Shown here piece by piece: positions 1-8,752 of a stretch of 37,269 nt of DNA (positions are counted from its first letter, which is position 1; every line of letters starts with the position of its first letter). The translations under genes were made by a program, and so were the position numbers. Source of the DNA: Microbacteriaceae bacterium (GTDB lineage Bacteria; Actinomycetota; Actinomycetes; Actinomycetales; Microbacteriaceae); NCBI GenBank assembly GCA_030840105.1, contig JAUZGC010000259.1, positions 1-37,269 of the forward strand, written 5' to 3'. The notes beneath the pieces were generated by a model. That model did not search any database, had not been told where the DNA came from, and saw only the letters and a program-made list of their open reading frames with translations.

Positions 1-879
1 CTCATCGAGGATCGGAAGCAGCTCGCCGGCGTTTTGCCTGCGGCGGGTGAACGTTGCGAAGCTCTCGTCGGTCGCGAGTTCGGGGCGGCCGACGGCGGCA
101 GCGAGACGCTGCCAGAACTTCTCTTTCGGGCATGCCACGACGATCCAGCCGTCACCGGCCTGGAACGCCTGGAACGGCACGAGCGACGGATGCGCGGAAT
201 GGTGCGTCCGGCTCGGCTCGAAGTCCCCGTTGAGGTTCCAGATCGCCGGGTACGTGAGCATCGAGATCGCGGTATCGAAGAGGCTCACATCGCAGTCCAT
301 CCCCACCCCGTCGCGGCGTGCGGCGTGGACTCCGGCGAGGATCGAGATGGCCGCGACGAGGCCGCCCGAGTAGTCCACGAGCGACAATCCCGACTTCGTT
401 GGTGGTCCGCTCGGCTCGCCGGTGATATCCATCCAGCCGGCAATGCCCTGCAGGATGTAGTCGTAACCCGGCTCATTCGAGCGCGGTCCGGTCATGCCGA
501 ATCCGGTCAGAGCGCAACAGACGATCTGTGGATTGATGTCCTTGAGGTTGTCGTAGGTGATCCCGATCTTCGCAGGCACGTCGCCGCGGAGATTGGAGTA
601 CACGACGTCACTGACGCGAACGAGGTCCTCGAACACTTCGCGTCCCGCCGGGGTCGACAGGTCGAGGCTGACGCTGCGCTTGTTTCGGTTGAAGACCTCG
701 AAGAACAGGCTGTCCTCGCCGTGCTGGTGCGGCGGAACGTAACGCCCGACGTCACCACCACTGGCCGGTTCCTCGATCTTGATGACCTCCGCACCAAGGT
801 CTGCCAGATGGACACTCCCGAACGGTCCGGCGCCGTATTGTTCGATCGCGATGATACGAAGGTCAGCGAGCGGCTTCAT
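1..879 (-). CDS. Family III (CaiB/BaiF-type) CoA-transferase; the C-terminal end runs off the window (293 N-terminal codons present)
   Basis: Absent from the supplied ORF track because it has no stop inside the window. My reverse-strand translation from ATG at 879-877 is open down to position 1. It reads MKPLADLRIIAIEQYGAGPFGSVHLADLGAEVIKIEEPASGGDVGRYVPP..FFEVFNRNKRSVSLDLSTPAGREVFEDLVRVSDVVYSNLRGDVPAKIGITYDNLKDINPQIVCCALTGFGMTGP..GYDYILQGIAGWMDITGEP, a typical family III CoA-transferase N-terminal region. It replaces the + strand shadow ORF 34..909. Confidence 0.8.
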   Translation of the reverse strand, partial: MKPLADLRIIAIEQYGAGPFGSVHLADLGAEVIKIEEPASGGDVGRYVPPHQHGEDSLFFEVFNRNKRSVSLDLSTPAGREVFEDLVRVSDVVYSNLRGDVPAKIGITYDNLKDINPQIVCCALTGFGMTGPRSNEPGYDYILQGIAGWMDITGEPSGPPTKSGLSLVDYSGGLVAAISILAGVHAARRDGVGMDCDVSLFDTAISMLTYPAIWNLNGDFEPSRTHHSAHPSLVPFQAFQAGDGWIVVACPKEKFWQRLAAAVGRPELATDESFATFTRRRQNAGELLPILDE

Positions 880-925
880 GCGGCGTGCTCCGTCAACAAC
901 ATTGTGTAACCCCTAGGTGAATCGG

Positions 926-946
926 TGACCGCAGTCGGTGCGGTCA
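926..946 (-). terminator. Stem-loop TGACCGCA-GTCGG-TGCGGTCA between the GntR stop and the CoA-transferase start; weak terminator or attenuator, or an operator
   Basis: Perfect 8-bp inverted repeat with a 5-nt loop, read directly. It lies 7 nt downstream of the GntR stop (955-953). No U-tract follows. Confidence 0.35.
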
Positions 947-952
947 GAATTA

Positions 953-1612
953 TCAGAACGAGTCCTTGACGAGGAGAAGCGACGCCGCGAGATGCTCGCG
1001 CATCGCCTTCGCCGCGAGCTCCGGATCGTGCGCCTCGAGAGCCGAGACGAGGTCGGCATGCGACATCATCGTCGAGGACTGCGCGGGACGCGACGCCCAG
1101 TACATCCGCCAGAATCGCAAGTTGTGCAGGAGCAGGCGGTCCGCGGCATCCTGCAGTTGCGCGTTCCGGACCATGTGAACGAGAAAAGCATGGACCGCAT
1201 GGTCGTCGCGAAGGAACGCCTCGTGGTCCTTGCCCTGGCGAGCGCCATCCGCGGCTTTGACGAGTCCGCGCAGCGTAGCGAGGTCTTCGATCGTCGCGCG
1301 CTTGGCGACGATGTATGCGACGCCACACTCGATCGCCTCGCGCGCCTCGAACATGTTGATCACGTCGTCGAGTCCCACGGGCGATACGACCGCCCCCCGG
1401 CGCGGCAAGACGGTGATGAATCGATCGGTGGCGAGGCGGGCGATCGCCTCGCGAACCGGCATCCGGCCAAGCCCCAGCTCGTTGGCCATGGACTGCTCGT
1501 TGACGAGTGAGCCAGGCGGCAACCGAAGGGTGATGATGCGGTCGAGCAGGTCGTCGTAAGCGAGTTCACTGGCACGCGGTTTGCTCGCGGCCGCGCCGAG
1601 TCGATCGGTCAT
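953..1612 (-). CDS. GntR family transcriptional regulator, FadR/FCD subfamily
   Basis: ORF 953..1717 trimmed to the internal ATG (MTDRLGAAASKPRASELAYDDLLDRII..), which forms an ATGA overlap with the upstream gene's stop at 1609. The winged HTH reads NEQSMANELGLGRMPVREAIARLATDRFITVLPRRGAVV and is followed by a helical FCD-like C-terminal domain. Confidence 0.85.
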   Translation of the reverse strand: MTDRLGAAASKPRASELAYDDLLDRIITLRLPPGSLVNEQSMANELGLGRMPVREAIARLATDRFITVLPRRGAVVSPVGLDDVINMFEAREAIECGVAYIVAKRATIEDLATLRGLVKAADGARQGKDHEAFLRDDHAVHAFLVHMVRNAQLQDAADRLLLHNLRFWRMYWASRPAQSSTMMSHADLVSALEAHDPELAAKAMREHLAASLLLVKDSF

Positions 1613-2364
1613 CCGACGATGTCCGCGTCGGAGAGCTGGCGAACAGATACCTCGAGAGTCCCGCGCTGAACAGTGAGCATCTGACCATTCTCCAACGTCT
1701 CCCAGCCTGCGCCCCATCCGCTCGATGAGACCACGACCGCGTCGGGCGTCACCCGGTAGCGCAGCTGGTAGTAGTGCGGTTCTGCTTCCTTCGCCTCCGC
1801 GATCGGGTCGAACTGGCTGACGGCGATGAGTTCGGTGGGCGTCGCGATCATGGAGTTGAGGCTGCCGTACGTCAGAGACGACGCGATGTGGTCAACCGTC
1901 GCCGCCAGTGCGCTTGCCGGATCGCTTTCCGCAGCACGAGCAAGCACCGCGAGGAAGTAGCGTTCGCTGTCGGTCGTGCCTTGTCGTCGGGCCGCGAACT
2001 CCTCGGGAATCAGCGAGTCAAGCGACGATGGCGGCTTGATGGAGCCGTTGTGGGCGAACGCCATCGAGCCGTCGGTGAACGGATGCGTGTTCTCCTGTGT
2101 GACGTTCAGGCCAAGGGTCGCCCACCTGAGGTGGATGAGCCCGAGGTCGGAGGCATGCTCGTGGGAGGTGCGAGCAAAGAGGTTGCTCGTGCGGGCGGCG
2201 TCAGGCGCCTTGGTCACTTCGACCCCGTCGGCCCCGGCCCAAGCCAGCCCCCAGCCATCGCCGTGCTTACGCGAAAGCTCGGTGAACTCCCGCAGGTCCG
2301 CCTCACCGAGCAGGTCGGCGAGGGTCGTGGGCGTGCGCGTGACATAGCCCAGAAGTCGGCACAT
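1609..2364 (-). CDS. Class II (Ntn, YafJ/EgtC/Dug3-type) glutamine amidotransferase-like amidohydrolase
   Basis: ORF 1609..2481 trimmed to ATG at 2364, so the mature protein starts MCRLLGY (Cys2 nucleophile typical of Ntn class II GATases). It continues HGDGWGLAW, HLRWATLG and NTHPF..FAHNG. No synthase domain is fused. Confidence 0.8.
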   Translation of the reverse strand: MCRLLGYVTRTPTTLADLLGEADLREFTELSRKHGDGWGLAWAGADGVEVTKAPDAARTSNLFARTSHEHASDLGLIHLRWATLGLNVTQENTHPFTDGSMAFAHNGSIKPPSSLDSLIPEEFAARRQGTTDSERYFLAVLARAAESDPASALAATVDHIASSLTYGSLNSMIATPTELIAVSQFDPIAEAKEAEPHYYQLRYRVTPDAVVVSSSGWGAGWETLENGQMLTVQRGTLEVSVRQLSDADIVG

Positions 2365-2380
2365 GTAGTCTTCTCGTTCC

Positions 2381-3145
2381 TTAGAGGTAGTTGCTGGAGA
2401 TGCCGCCATCGAGCACGACGACCTGGCCGGTGAGCCACGACGACGCGTCCGAAGCGAAGAAACAGGCCAGCCCGGCAGCATCCTCCGGCTTTCCGAAGCG
2501 ACCGAGCGGCACCCGCTCGAGCCGTATCCTGCGAGCCTCCGGATCGGGGAAGAACTGCTCGACGTGCGCCGTCATGATGGGCCCAGGAGCGAGCGCGTTG
2601 ACTCGGATGCCCTGTGGTCCGAGCTGCACGGCCATCGACCGTGTGAGCGAGGAGATCGCGCCTTTGCTCGCCGCGTACGCGTCCTGAGGGTACGTGCAGC
2701 CCATGACGGCAAGGAACGAACTCATGTTTATCACCGCGCCCCCGCCGGCAGCCACGATGTGCGGCACGACATATTTGGAGCACAGCACCGTGCCATCCAG
2801 GTTGATGCTGCTGATCAGGTGCCAGAGGTCGAGGTCGCCGTCGAGGAAAGAGGCATCCTGATGCGGCATGATGCCCGCGTTGTTGAACAGCGTGTCCAGC
2901 CCGCCCAGCGCGCTGATGGCCTCCTCGACGGCCGAGCTGACCTGCGCCTCATCGCGAACATCCGCAGCAATGGCGACAGCTCGCCCACCGTTGTCGTGGA
3001 CGAGCCGTGCCGTCTCCTCAGCTGCCGCGAGATCGATGTCCACCACCGCGACGGCGGCGCCCTCGCGGGCGAAGAGAACGCTGCTCGCTCGCCCGAGTGC
3101 GCCGCCAGCGCCGGTGATGAATGCCCGCTTCCCTGCCAACTGCAT
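2381..3145 (-). CDS. Short-chain dehydrogenase/reductase (SDR)
   Basis: TGAGGALG cofactor motif, NNAG, catalytic YAASK, PGPI. The start shares 1 nt with the stop of the upstream amidohydrolase (TGATG at 3147-3143). Confidence 0.9.
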   Translation of the reverse strand: MQLAGKRAFITGAGGALGRASSVLFAREGAAVAVVDIDLAAAEETARLVHDNGGRAVAIAADVRDEAQVSSAVEEAISALGGLDTLFNNAGIMPHQDASFLDGDLDLWHLISSINLDGTVLCSKYVVPHIVAAGGGAVINMSSFLAVMGCTYPQDAYAASKGAISSLTRSMAVQLGPQGIRVNALAPGPIMTAHVEQFFPDPEARRIRLERVPLGRFGKPEDAAGLACFFASDASSWLTGQVVVLDGGISSNYL

Positions 3146-4302
3146 CAGCTCGACACCTCCGGACCGAAACCATAGAGCCGCAGGGCGTTGTCCAGAAGGA
3201 TCCGCTCCCCCGCCCGTCGTGCGTCCTCTGCGCCGAGGTCGCCATCCGTGACGAGCTCTCCGAGGATCGAGCCGATCACCCGGCGCCCGTCCTTCGCCGC
3301 GATCCAGTTCAACTCAGGAATCCTGGAGCCATCGGAGCTGCACATGACCTTGCCGAACGGTGCGACGGCGAGAGCAGCACGCGTCATCGAGGTCATCTCG
3401 GCGACGGAAAGGAACGGAATCGCGTACGACAGGTCCAGGTACGCGTTGGCGTACACGGATGCGAGGTACGCGCCCTCCCGGAAATACGGCCAGCAGCCGT
3501 GCAGCAGGACGACGGGCATCGACCGGTACGCCGCATTCTCGAAGATGGTCCGCAGCTGGAGAGGCGACGCCGCGCGCAGGTCGACGTCGGGATCGCCGTA
3601 ACCGACATGGAACTGGACGGGCAGCTCCTGCGCTGCCGCGGCTTCGAACGCGAGATGCAGGAGCGTATCGAGCAGCGGCTTGTGCCCGAGTCGCACCGAG
3701 CCGTTGGCGGTGGCTTCGGCGTGTGCATCGGCAAACGATGCCCGCGCGTCGCCGTCTGGCCATCGCTCAATCGCCAATCCCGTGCGATAGGCCGCAATGC
3801 TCTTGAAGCCGGCAAAGCCCGCACCGCGCACATCCGTGACGAGTTCCCGTACGCTCTCGACGAGTTCGTCGAACGAACCGCTCGAGGCGATGAGCTCCTG
3901 GAATACGACCTCGAGCCGAAGCAGCGAGACCTGCTCCGCCCCGCTGGCCGCCATGAACGCGGTCGGGCTCATGGCCCGTTCCGGCGCCGGGTATCCCGTG
4001 TCGATGACGACGCCGCGGATCGACGCGTCGCGAAACAGGTCGGCGACGAGCTGCTCGGTACTCAGGCTTTCCCGAGCGCGCAGCACGTCATCCTCCCCTG
4101 TGACGCCGTAGAAGGCTTCCAGCGATCGGATCAGCCGGCGATAGAACGCCGTGTCGGCGGCCTCGTTCGCGCGCATTCCAGGGTCGGGTGACTCGGTGAA
4201 CAGGGCTCGCCAGTGCTCGACACCGGTCTGCTGCTGCGCCTCGATTGCGTGGCAGTGATTGTCGACGACGGGAACGTCGCTCAGGTCAACAAAATTCGTC
4301 AT
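3145..4302 (-). CDS. Amidohydrolase_2 (PF04909-like) family metal-dependent hydrolase/decarboxylase
   Basis: N-terminal VVDNHCH metal-binding HxH motif, about 385 aa TIM-barrel-sized protein, sitting 5 nt downstream of the GS-like gene. Confidence 0.7.
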   Translation of the reverse strand: MTNFVDLSDVPVVDNHCHAIEAQQQTGVEHWRALFTESPDPGMRANEAADTAFYRRLIRSLEAFYGVTGEDDVLRARESLSTEQLVADLFRDASIRGVVIDTGYPAPERAMSPTAFMAASGAEQVSLLRLEVVFQELIASSGSFDELVESVRELVTDVRGAGFAGFKSIAAYRTGLAIERWPDGDARASFADAHAEATANGSVRLGHKPLLDTLLHLAFEAAAAQELPVQFHVGYGDPDVDLRAASPLQLRTIFENAAYRSMPVVLLHGCWPYFREGAYLASVYANAYLDLSYAIPFLSVAEMTSMTRAALAVAPFGKVMCSSDGSRIPELNWIAAKDGRRVIGSILGELVTDGDLGAEDARRAGERILLDNALRLYGFGPEVSS

Positions 4303-4307
4303 CGTCG

Positions 4308-5666
4308 TCAGAACCGATAGAAGTGGTTACGGATCTCGAAGTCCTCGTCCTCGGCGGCGAACGCCGTGGCCTCCGACCGGCGCACGCCGAGGTAGCACCT
4401 GGCGAGCATGTCCCCCATGGTGCCGAGGAGGAAGTCGTCCTTCTCGAGTTCGTCGAGGGCAGCATCCATGGATGTCGGCAGCGGCCGGACCTTGCCACGG
4501 ACAAGCTCCTCGGCTGAGAGATATGCAGGGTCGTGCTCGCTTGGATCGCCTGGTTCGAGTTCACGTTCGATGCCGTCAAGCCCACAGGCGATCAGCGCGC
4601 CGAGTGAGAGGTACGGGTTCGCGCTCGCATCCGAGGTCTTGAACTCGATGTTGTAGCTCTGTTCCTCGCGCTGGTAGAACGGCGAACAGACGCGGAGCGC
4701 GGCCTCCTTGTTGTCAAAGCCCCAAGCCGTCGTCGCGGAGGCCCACGCGTTCGGCGTGAGCCTGCGGTACGAGTTGTAGCTCGGTGCGGTCAGCGCGACG
4801 AGTGCGGGAAGGTGTTCGGCGACACCGGCGATGAAATGCCTGCCCAGCTTCGATAAGCCACGCTCGGCGGACTTGTCATAGAGCAGGCTCTTCGTGCCTG
4901 GGAGATCCCACAGGCTGAAGTGCAGGTGCGCGCCGCTTCCGATCTGCTCGGGATACGGCTTCGGAGCAAACGAGGCGAACAGGCCATGCCGAAGCGCGAC
5001 GCCGCGAATGGTGTCGCGGAACTTCATCTGGTTGTCGGCCGCGCGCAGGGCATCCGCGTGGCGGATCGAGATCTCGTGCTGGCCCGCGCCGTACTCGTTG
5101 ATGGCCTGCTCGACCGAGATGCCCTGCGACTCCAGGGCGTCGACCGTCTCTACCATGATGGCGGCGTTCAGGTCGTGCCCGATCGGGCTGTACACGGGCG
5201 CGTGGTTGGGAACGTCGAACGGAATGTAGCGGCCGTCCTCCTCGCGCGCCAGGTAGTACTCGTTTTCGAAGGTCGCCTGCACGCTCAGCCCGTGACCCGC
5301 GGCGCGTTCGATGACATCTTTCAGGTACGAGCGCGTGCACGCTCCCCAGTTGAGTCGATCGTGTCCCAGCTGGTCGCACATGACGCTGGCACTCGCCGGC
5401 ACCCACGGAAGTACCGTGAACGTCGAGGGGTCCGGCACGAGCCTGATCTCACCGACCGGCTCGAAGCCGTCGATCGGCACCATCTGCTCGAGCATATTGA
5501 TCGACATCTGCGCACGGGTCAGGCTCACCCCCTCGAGCAGCTTGTGCTCGAGCTGGGCCACGTGGATCGCCTTGGTTCTCGCGACACCACTGGCATCGCA
5601 GTACTCGAACCGGATAAGTTTCACTCCGGCCTCGTGTGCGGAGGCGACTACTTCCGTAATGTTCAT
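4308..5666 (-). CDS. Glutamine synthetase family protein (GS type I-like gamma-glutamyl ligase, probably not a housekeeping GlnA)
   Basis: 452 aa with a beta-grasp N-terminal domain (KLIRFEYCDASGVARTKAI). The catalytic domain reads ATFENEYYL, NEYGAGQHEIS, KPYPEQIGSGAHLHFSLWD and NSYRRL. The operon context is catabolic. Confidence 0.85.
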   Translation of the reverse strand: MNITEVVASAHEAGVKLIRFEYCDASGVARTKAIHVAQLEHKLLEGVSLTRAQMSINMLEQMVPIDGFEPVGEIRLVPDPSTFTVLPWVPASASVMCDQLGHDRLNWGACTRSYLKDVIERAAGHGLSVQATFENEYYLAREEDGRYIPFDVPNHAPVYSPIGHDLNAAIMVETVDALESQGISVEQAINEYGAGQHEISIRHADALRAADNQMKFRDTIRGVALRHGLFASFAPKPYPEQIGSGAHLHFSLWDLPGTKSLLYDKSAERGLSKLGRHFIAGVAEHLPALVALTAPSYNSYRRLTPNAWASATTAWGFDNKEAALRVCSPFYQREEQSYNIEFKTSDASANPYLSLGALIACGLDGIERELEPGDPSEHDPAYLSAEELVRGKVRPLPTSMDAALDELEKDDFLLGTMGDMLARCYLGVRRSEATAFAAEDEDFEIRNHFYRF

Positions 5667-5693
5667 TCGTCTCTCTCTGCTCCAGGCACTCGC

Positions 5694-6443
5694 CTAGAGC
5701 ATCACGTCCCCGCCATTGGGGCCCAGGGTTTGACCGACGTAATACGAACCATCGGCCGACGCCAGGAGGACGGCTGTCGGCGTCACCTCGTCCACCGTGC
5801 CGAACCGGCGGATCGGCAACTCCGCGAGCTTCGCGGCGCGCCATTCCTCCGTCTCGCTGTCGAGCAGTGGCGTCTCGATCGGACCGGGCGCAATGGCGTT
5901 CACGAGTACCCCGCGGTGGGATACCTCGCGGGCGAGAGCTTTGGTGAGTCCGATCACGCCCGCCTTGCTCGCCACATAGTGAGCAACCGACGTACCGCCG
6001 ATCTGGCCAAGCTGCGACGCGATGTTGATGATCCGGCCGTCGCCCCGCTCGAGCATCTGGCCCACGAGCGCGCGCGAGCAGAGGAACACTCCACGCAGGT
6101 TGACTCCGACAACGCGATCCCAATCCTCCACGGGCATGTTCTCGAGCAGGGATTCGGTGAAGATACCGGCATTGTTCACGAGAATGTCGACGCGGCCGAA
6201 GCGCTCCAGAGCAGCTGCGGCCATCGCCTCGACGCTCGCCTCGTCGCTCACATCGGTTCGAACGAACAGGACCTCGCTCCCGATCTCCTCGATCATGGCG
6301 ATGACGTCGGCGGCCGCGGAGGCATCCGAACGATCGGCGACGACGATCTTGGCACCCTCACGCGCGAACGCGACGGCAATGCCCTTGCCGATGCCCGAGG
6401 CGGCGCCGGTCACGACGGCGACGCGGTCGTCCAGCTTGTTCAT
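5694..6443 (-). CDS. Short-chain dehydrogenase/reductase (SDR)
   Basis: VTGAASGIGKG, NNAG, YVASKAG, PGPIETP. ATGA overlap with the upstream isochorismatase-like gene (6440-6443). Terminates with TAG. Confidence 0.9.
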   Translation of the reverse strand: MNKLDDRVAVVTGAASGIGKGIAVAFAREGAKIVVADRSDASAAADVIAMIEEIGSEVLFVRTDVSDEASVEAMAAAALERFGRVDILVNNAGIFTESLLENMPVEDWDRVVGVNLRGVFLCSRALVGQMLERGDGRIINIASQLGQIGGTSVAHYVASKAGVIGLTKALAREVSHRGVLVNAIAPGPIETPLLDSETEEWRAAKLAELPIRRFGTVDEVTPTAVLLASADGSYYVGQTLGPNGGDVML

Positions 6444-7138
6444 GCGGGCTCCTCTTCCGCGTGGCCTGCACGCTCGTACCAGGCGGCGCCAATCTGGTCC
6501 GCCGTCGCCATGTCGAACCGGTGCCTCATCAGCAACATCGACGCGTCGTGTTGTGCCCTGTCGTCGCTGGCCACGCAGTCGGTAGCGATGACAACGTAGT
6601 GATCGTTGAACATCGCATCCCGGGCCGTCGACTCAACGCATCCCTCGGTCGTGCAACCGCTGACGACAACGGTTTGAATGCCGTTGCTCCGCAGCAGCAT
6701 CTCGAGATTGGTTCCCCAGAACGCACTGGAGCGGTACTTGCGGACCACGAGCTCGCCTGGCAGTGGCGCGAACCCCTCGGCGAACTCGTGGCCCGCGGAA
6801 CCAGGAACCGTATACCGCAGCGGCGAGCCGCCCTGTCTCGGCCCCTCGTGCATCCGCAGATTGAATCGGATCTGCGATGGCGAGTCGCTCATCCGGTCTT
6901 CAAGCGCCGTGTTCTGGATATGAATGACGAGCACACCGTGACGGCGCGCGTCCTCGAGAAGAGAACCCAGCCGTTGCCGGGACGACTCGTACATCGACAA
7001 GTCGATTCCGAGCCCACCGAACAGTCCATCGGGGTCGATGAAGTCGTGCTGCATGTCGATCACCAACACTGCGGTGTGTGCGGGGTCGACGAGTTCGACG
7101 AGTTCGGTAAGAACGTGCTTTCCGTCCACTGTGATCAC
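6440..7138 (-). CDS. Isochorismatase-family cysteine hydrolase
   Basis: VLVIDMQHDF (Asp), RKYRSSAF (Lys) and VVSGCTTEGCVESTARDA (Cys nucleophile) give the D-K-C triad layout of the isochorismatase / N-carbamoylsarcosine amidase / nicotinamidase family. Confidence 0.85.
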   Translation of the reverse strand: MITVDGKHVLTELVELVDPAHTAVLVIDMQHDFIDPDGLFGGLGIDLSMYESSRQRLGSLLEDARRHGVLVIHIQNTALEDRMSDSPSQIRFNLRMHEGPRQGGSPLRYTVPGSAGHEFAEGFAPLPGELVVRKYRSSAFWGTNLEMLLRSNGIQTVVVSGCTTEGCVESTARDAMFNDHYVVIATDCVASDDRAQHDASMLLMRHRFDMATADQIGAAWYERAGHAEEEPA

Positions 7139-7141
7139 TGG

Positions 7142-8689
7142 TCAGTCCTTCGCGAGCTCCGGGTGCTCCGCGATCTCTTCTGCAATCGTCGGATGCTGGA
7201 CAGATGCCGCGCGGGCGGTCAGGAGTGACGCCGTCTGCTCCGGTGCCGGAAGGTCCTCTTCCGTGACGAATGCGCCGAGGGCAGCGATCTTCGCCGGCGT
7301 CTTCGAGCGGTAGTAGAGATACAGTCCGGTGCCAGCGGCGAGCCACACGAGCACGACGATCGGAACCAGGTTGTACGGATACGCCTGGCTGAAATTGCCC
7401 ACCACGTAGAGCGGGTACGCGAGCGCGACGATGCCGAGCACCGGCACGATCACGTGCGTGAGGATCCTGCGCTCAGCCGATCGCCAGAAGTACTTGATGA
7501 GGGCGATGTTGGCCATGATGTACACGATCACGATCGCGACCGTGCCAATCGTTCCCGTGAAGCCGTATGCTCCGGTCGCGCCTGGACCGACCCATGCTCC
7601 AATGCCGAGCCCGACGACCACGGTGAAGATCGTCTGCACGATGATCGCACGCAGCGGCGAGAACCAACGCGCGTGCAGGTGGCCGAGGGATTTCGGGAGA
7701 ACCTCGTCACGACCCATCGAGAACATGATGCGCACCGTCGTGTTGTGGATGGCGAGGAAGCAGCTGAAGATCCCGGCGATAGCGGCGAGTTCAATGGGCT
7801 GAACGAGCCACGGCGTGACGTTCTGGGCAAGGGTCACGAACGGGTTCGGGTCCTTGAGGAACGCGGCCAGCTGGGCCGGATCGTTCAAGCGGTACCCGGC
7901 GGTGAGCGCGTACATCAGAAGGACGTAGAAGACACCAACGGCGGAGAGGGCACCGATCACTGCGATCGGGATGCTGCGCTTGGGGTTTCGCGTCTCTTCA
8001 CCCAGCGTTGCGGCGGCGTCGAAGCCGATGAACGACAGAATGCCGAACACCACCCCGAGACCAACCCCGGAGAATCCGGAAGGTGACGATGAGGGAAGGA
8101 ACACGTCTGGCGTGTTTCCGCTCCCTGCCGTCGAGATCGCGACGACGCCGAGGATAAGGAACACAACGACCTCGACCACCAAGAGGGTCAGGTCGACGTT
8201 GACCGACGCCTTGATGCTCCGAACGGAAAGCCCAAAGACGATGGCCATAGCGCCAAGACTGAAGACCCACCACGGCACGTCTGCGCCGAACGACGACGCC
8301 ACATAGTCGTGCACGAAAGCGCCGAATGCGGTCATCAGGCCGGGCGCAAGGATCGCGTATCCGATCCAGAACAACCAGCCCGTGAAGAATCCGGCGAGCG
8401 GGCCGAGCCCCTTCGAGTTGAAGGTGTAGAACGAGCCGGCCGAGGGCAGCTTCCTGGCGAATTGGACGACGGTGTTTCCGACGAGCGCGCAGGCGATGAA
8501 CGCGATCAGGAAGGAGAGCGGCATTGCTGCCCCGGCGAAACTCGCCGCGGCTGGAGCGTTCAGAACGATGGCGAGCACTGGCGCCATCGCGGCGGCGGAG
8601 AGGGCAATCGCGTTGGGGACCGTGAGGATGCCGCCTTTCAGGCGGTGAGGCGCTTCCGGCGCATCCGTTGTGGGCTGTGAATTGAGCAT
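7142..8689 (-). CDS. APC-superfamily amino acid/amine permease
   Basis: 515 aa, about 12 hydrophobic segments, with N-terminal LSAAAMAPVLAI...FIACALVG and central GFDAAATLGEETRNPKRSIP, the typical APC consensus. First gene after the AT-rich 165-bp intergenic region. Confidence 0.85.
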   Translation of the reverse strand: MLNSQPTTDAPEAPHRLKGGILTVPNAIALSAAAMAPVLAIVLNAPAAASFAGAAMPLSFLIAFIACALVGNTVVQFARKLPSAGSFYTFNSKGLGPLAGFFTGWLFWIGYAILAPGLMTAFGAFVHDYVASSFGADVPWWVFSLGAMAIVFGLSVRSIKASVNVDLTLLVVEVVVFLILGVVAISTAGSGNTPDVFLPSSSPSGFSGVGLGVVFGILSFIGFDAAATLGEETRNPKRSIPIAVIGALSAVGVFYVLLMYALTAGYRLNDPAQLAAFLKDPNPFVTLAQNVTPWLVQPIELAAIAGIFSCFLAIHNTTVRIMFSMGRDEVLPKSLGHLHARWFSPLRAIIVQTIFTVVVGLGIGAWVGPGATGAYGFTGTIGTVAIVIVYIMANIALIKYFWRSAERRILTHVIVPVLGIVALAYPLYVVGNFSQAYPYNLVPIVVLVWLAAGTGLYLYYRSKTPAKIAALGAFVTEEDLPAPEQTASLLTARAASVQHPTIAEEIAEHPELAKD

Positions 8690-8724
8690 GAGTCGTTCAC
8701 TCCTTCGGTATGTACGAGGGTGGA

Positions 8725-8752
8725 GCTATCAGATACTTCATTGCTATATCAG
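8725..8752 (-). promoter_or_regulatory. Direct repeat GCTATCAG / GCTATATCAG inside the AT-rich intergenic region upstream of the permease operon; candidate operator (GntR?) or promoter region
   Basis: 8725-8732 GCTATCAG and 8743-8752 GCTATATCAG, read directly. The 8690-8854 spacer is the most AT-rich stretch of the left half. A GAAGGAG RBS sits 10 nt before the ATG at 8689. Confidence 0.3.

Noticed and set aside
34-909. 291-aa + strand ORF offered by the track at the left edge
   Set aside because: Its translation is R/G/E/D/H-rich with no recognisable motifs. The opposite strand encodes a clean family III CoA-transferase with no stop across 1-879. This is a shadow ORF of a GC-rich gene.
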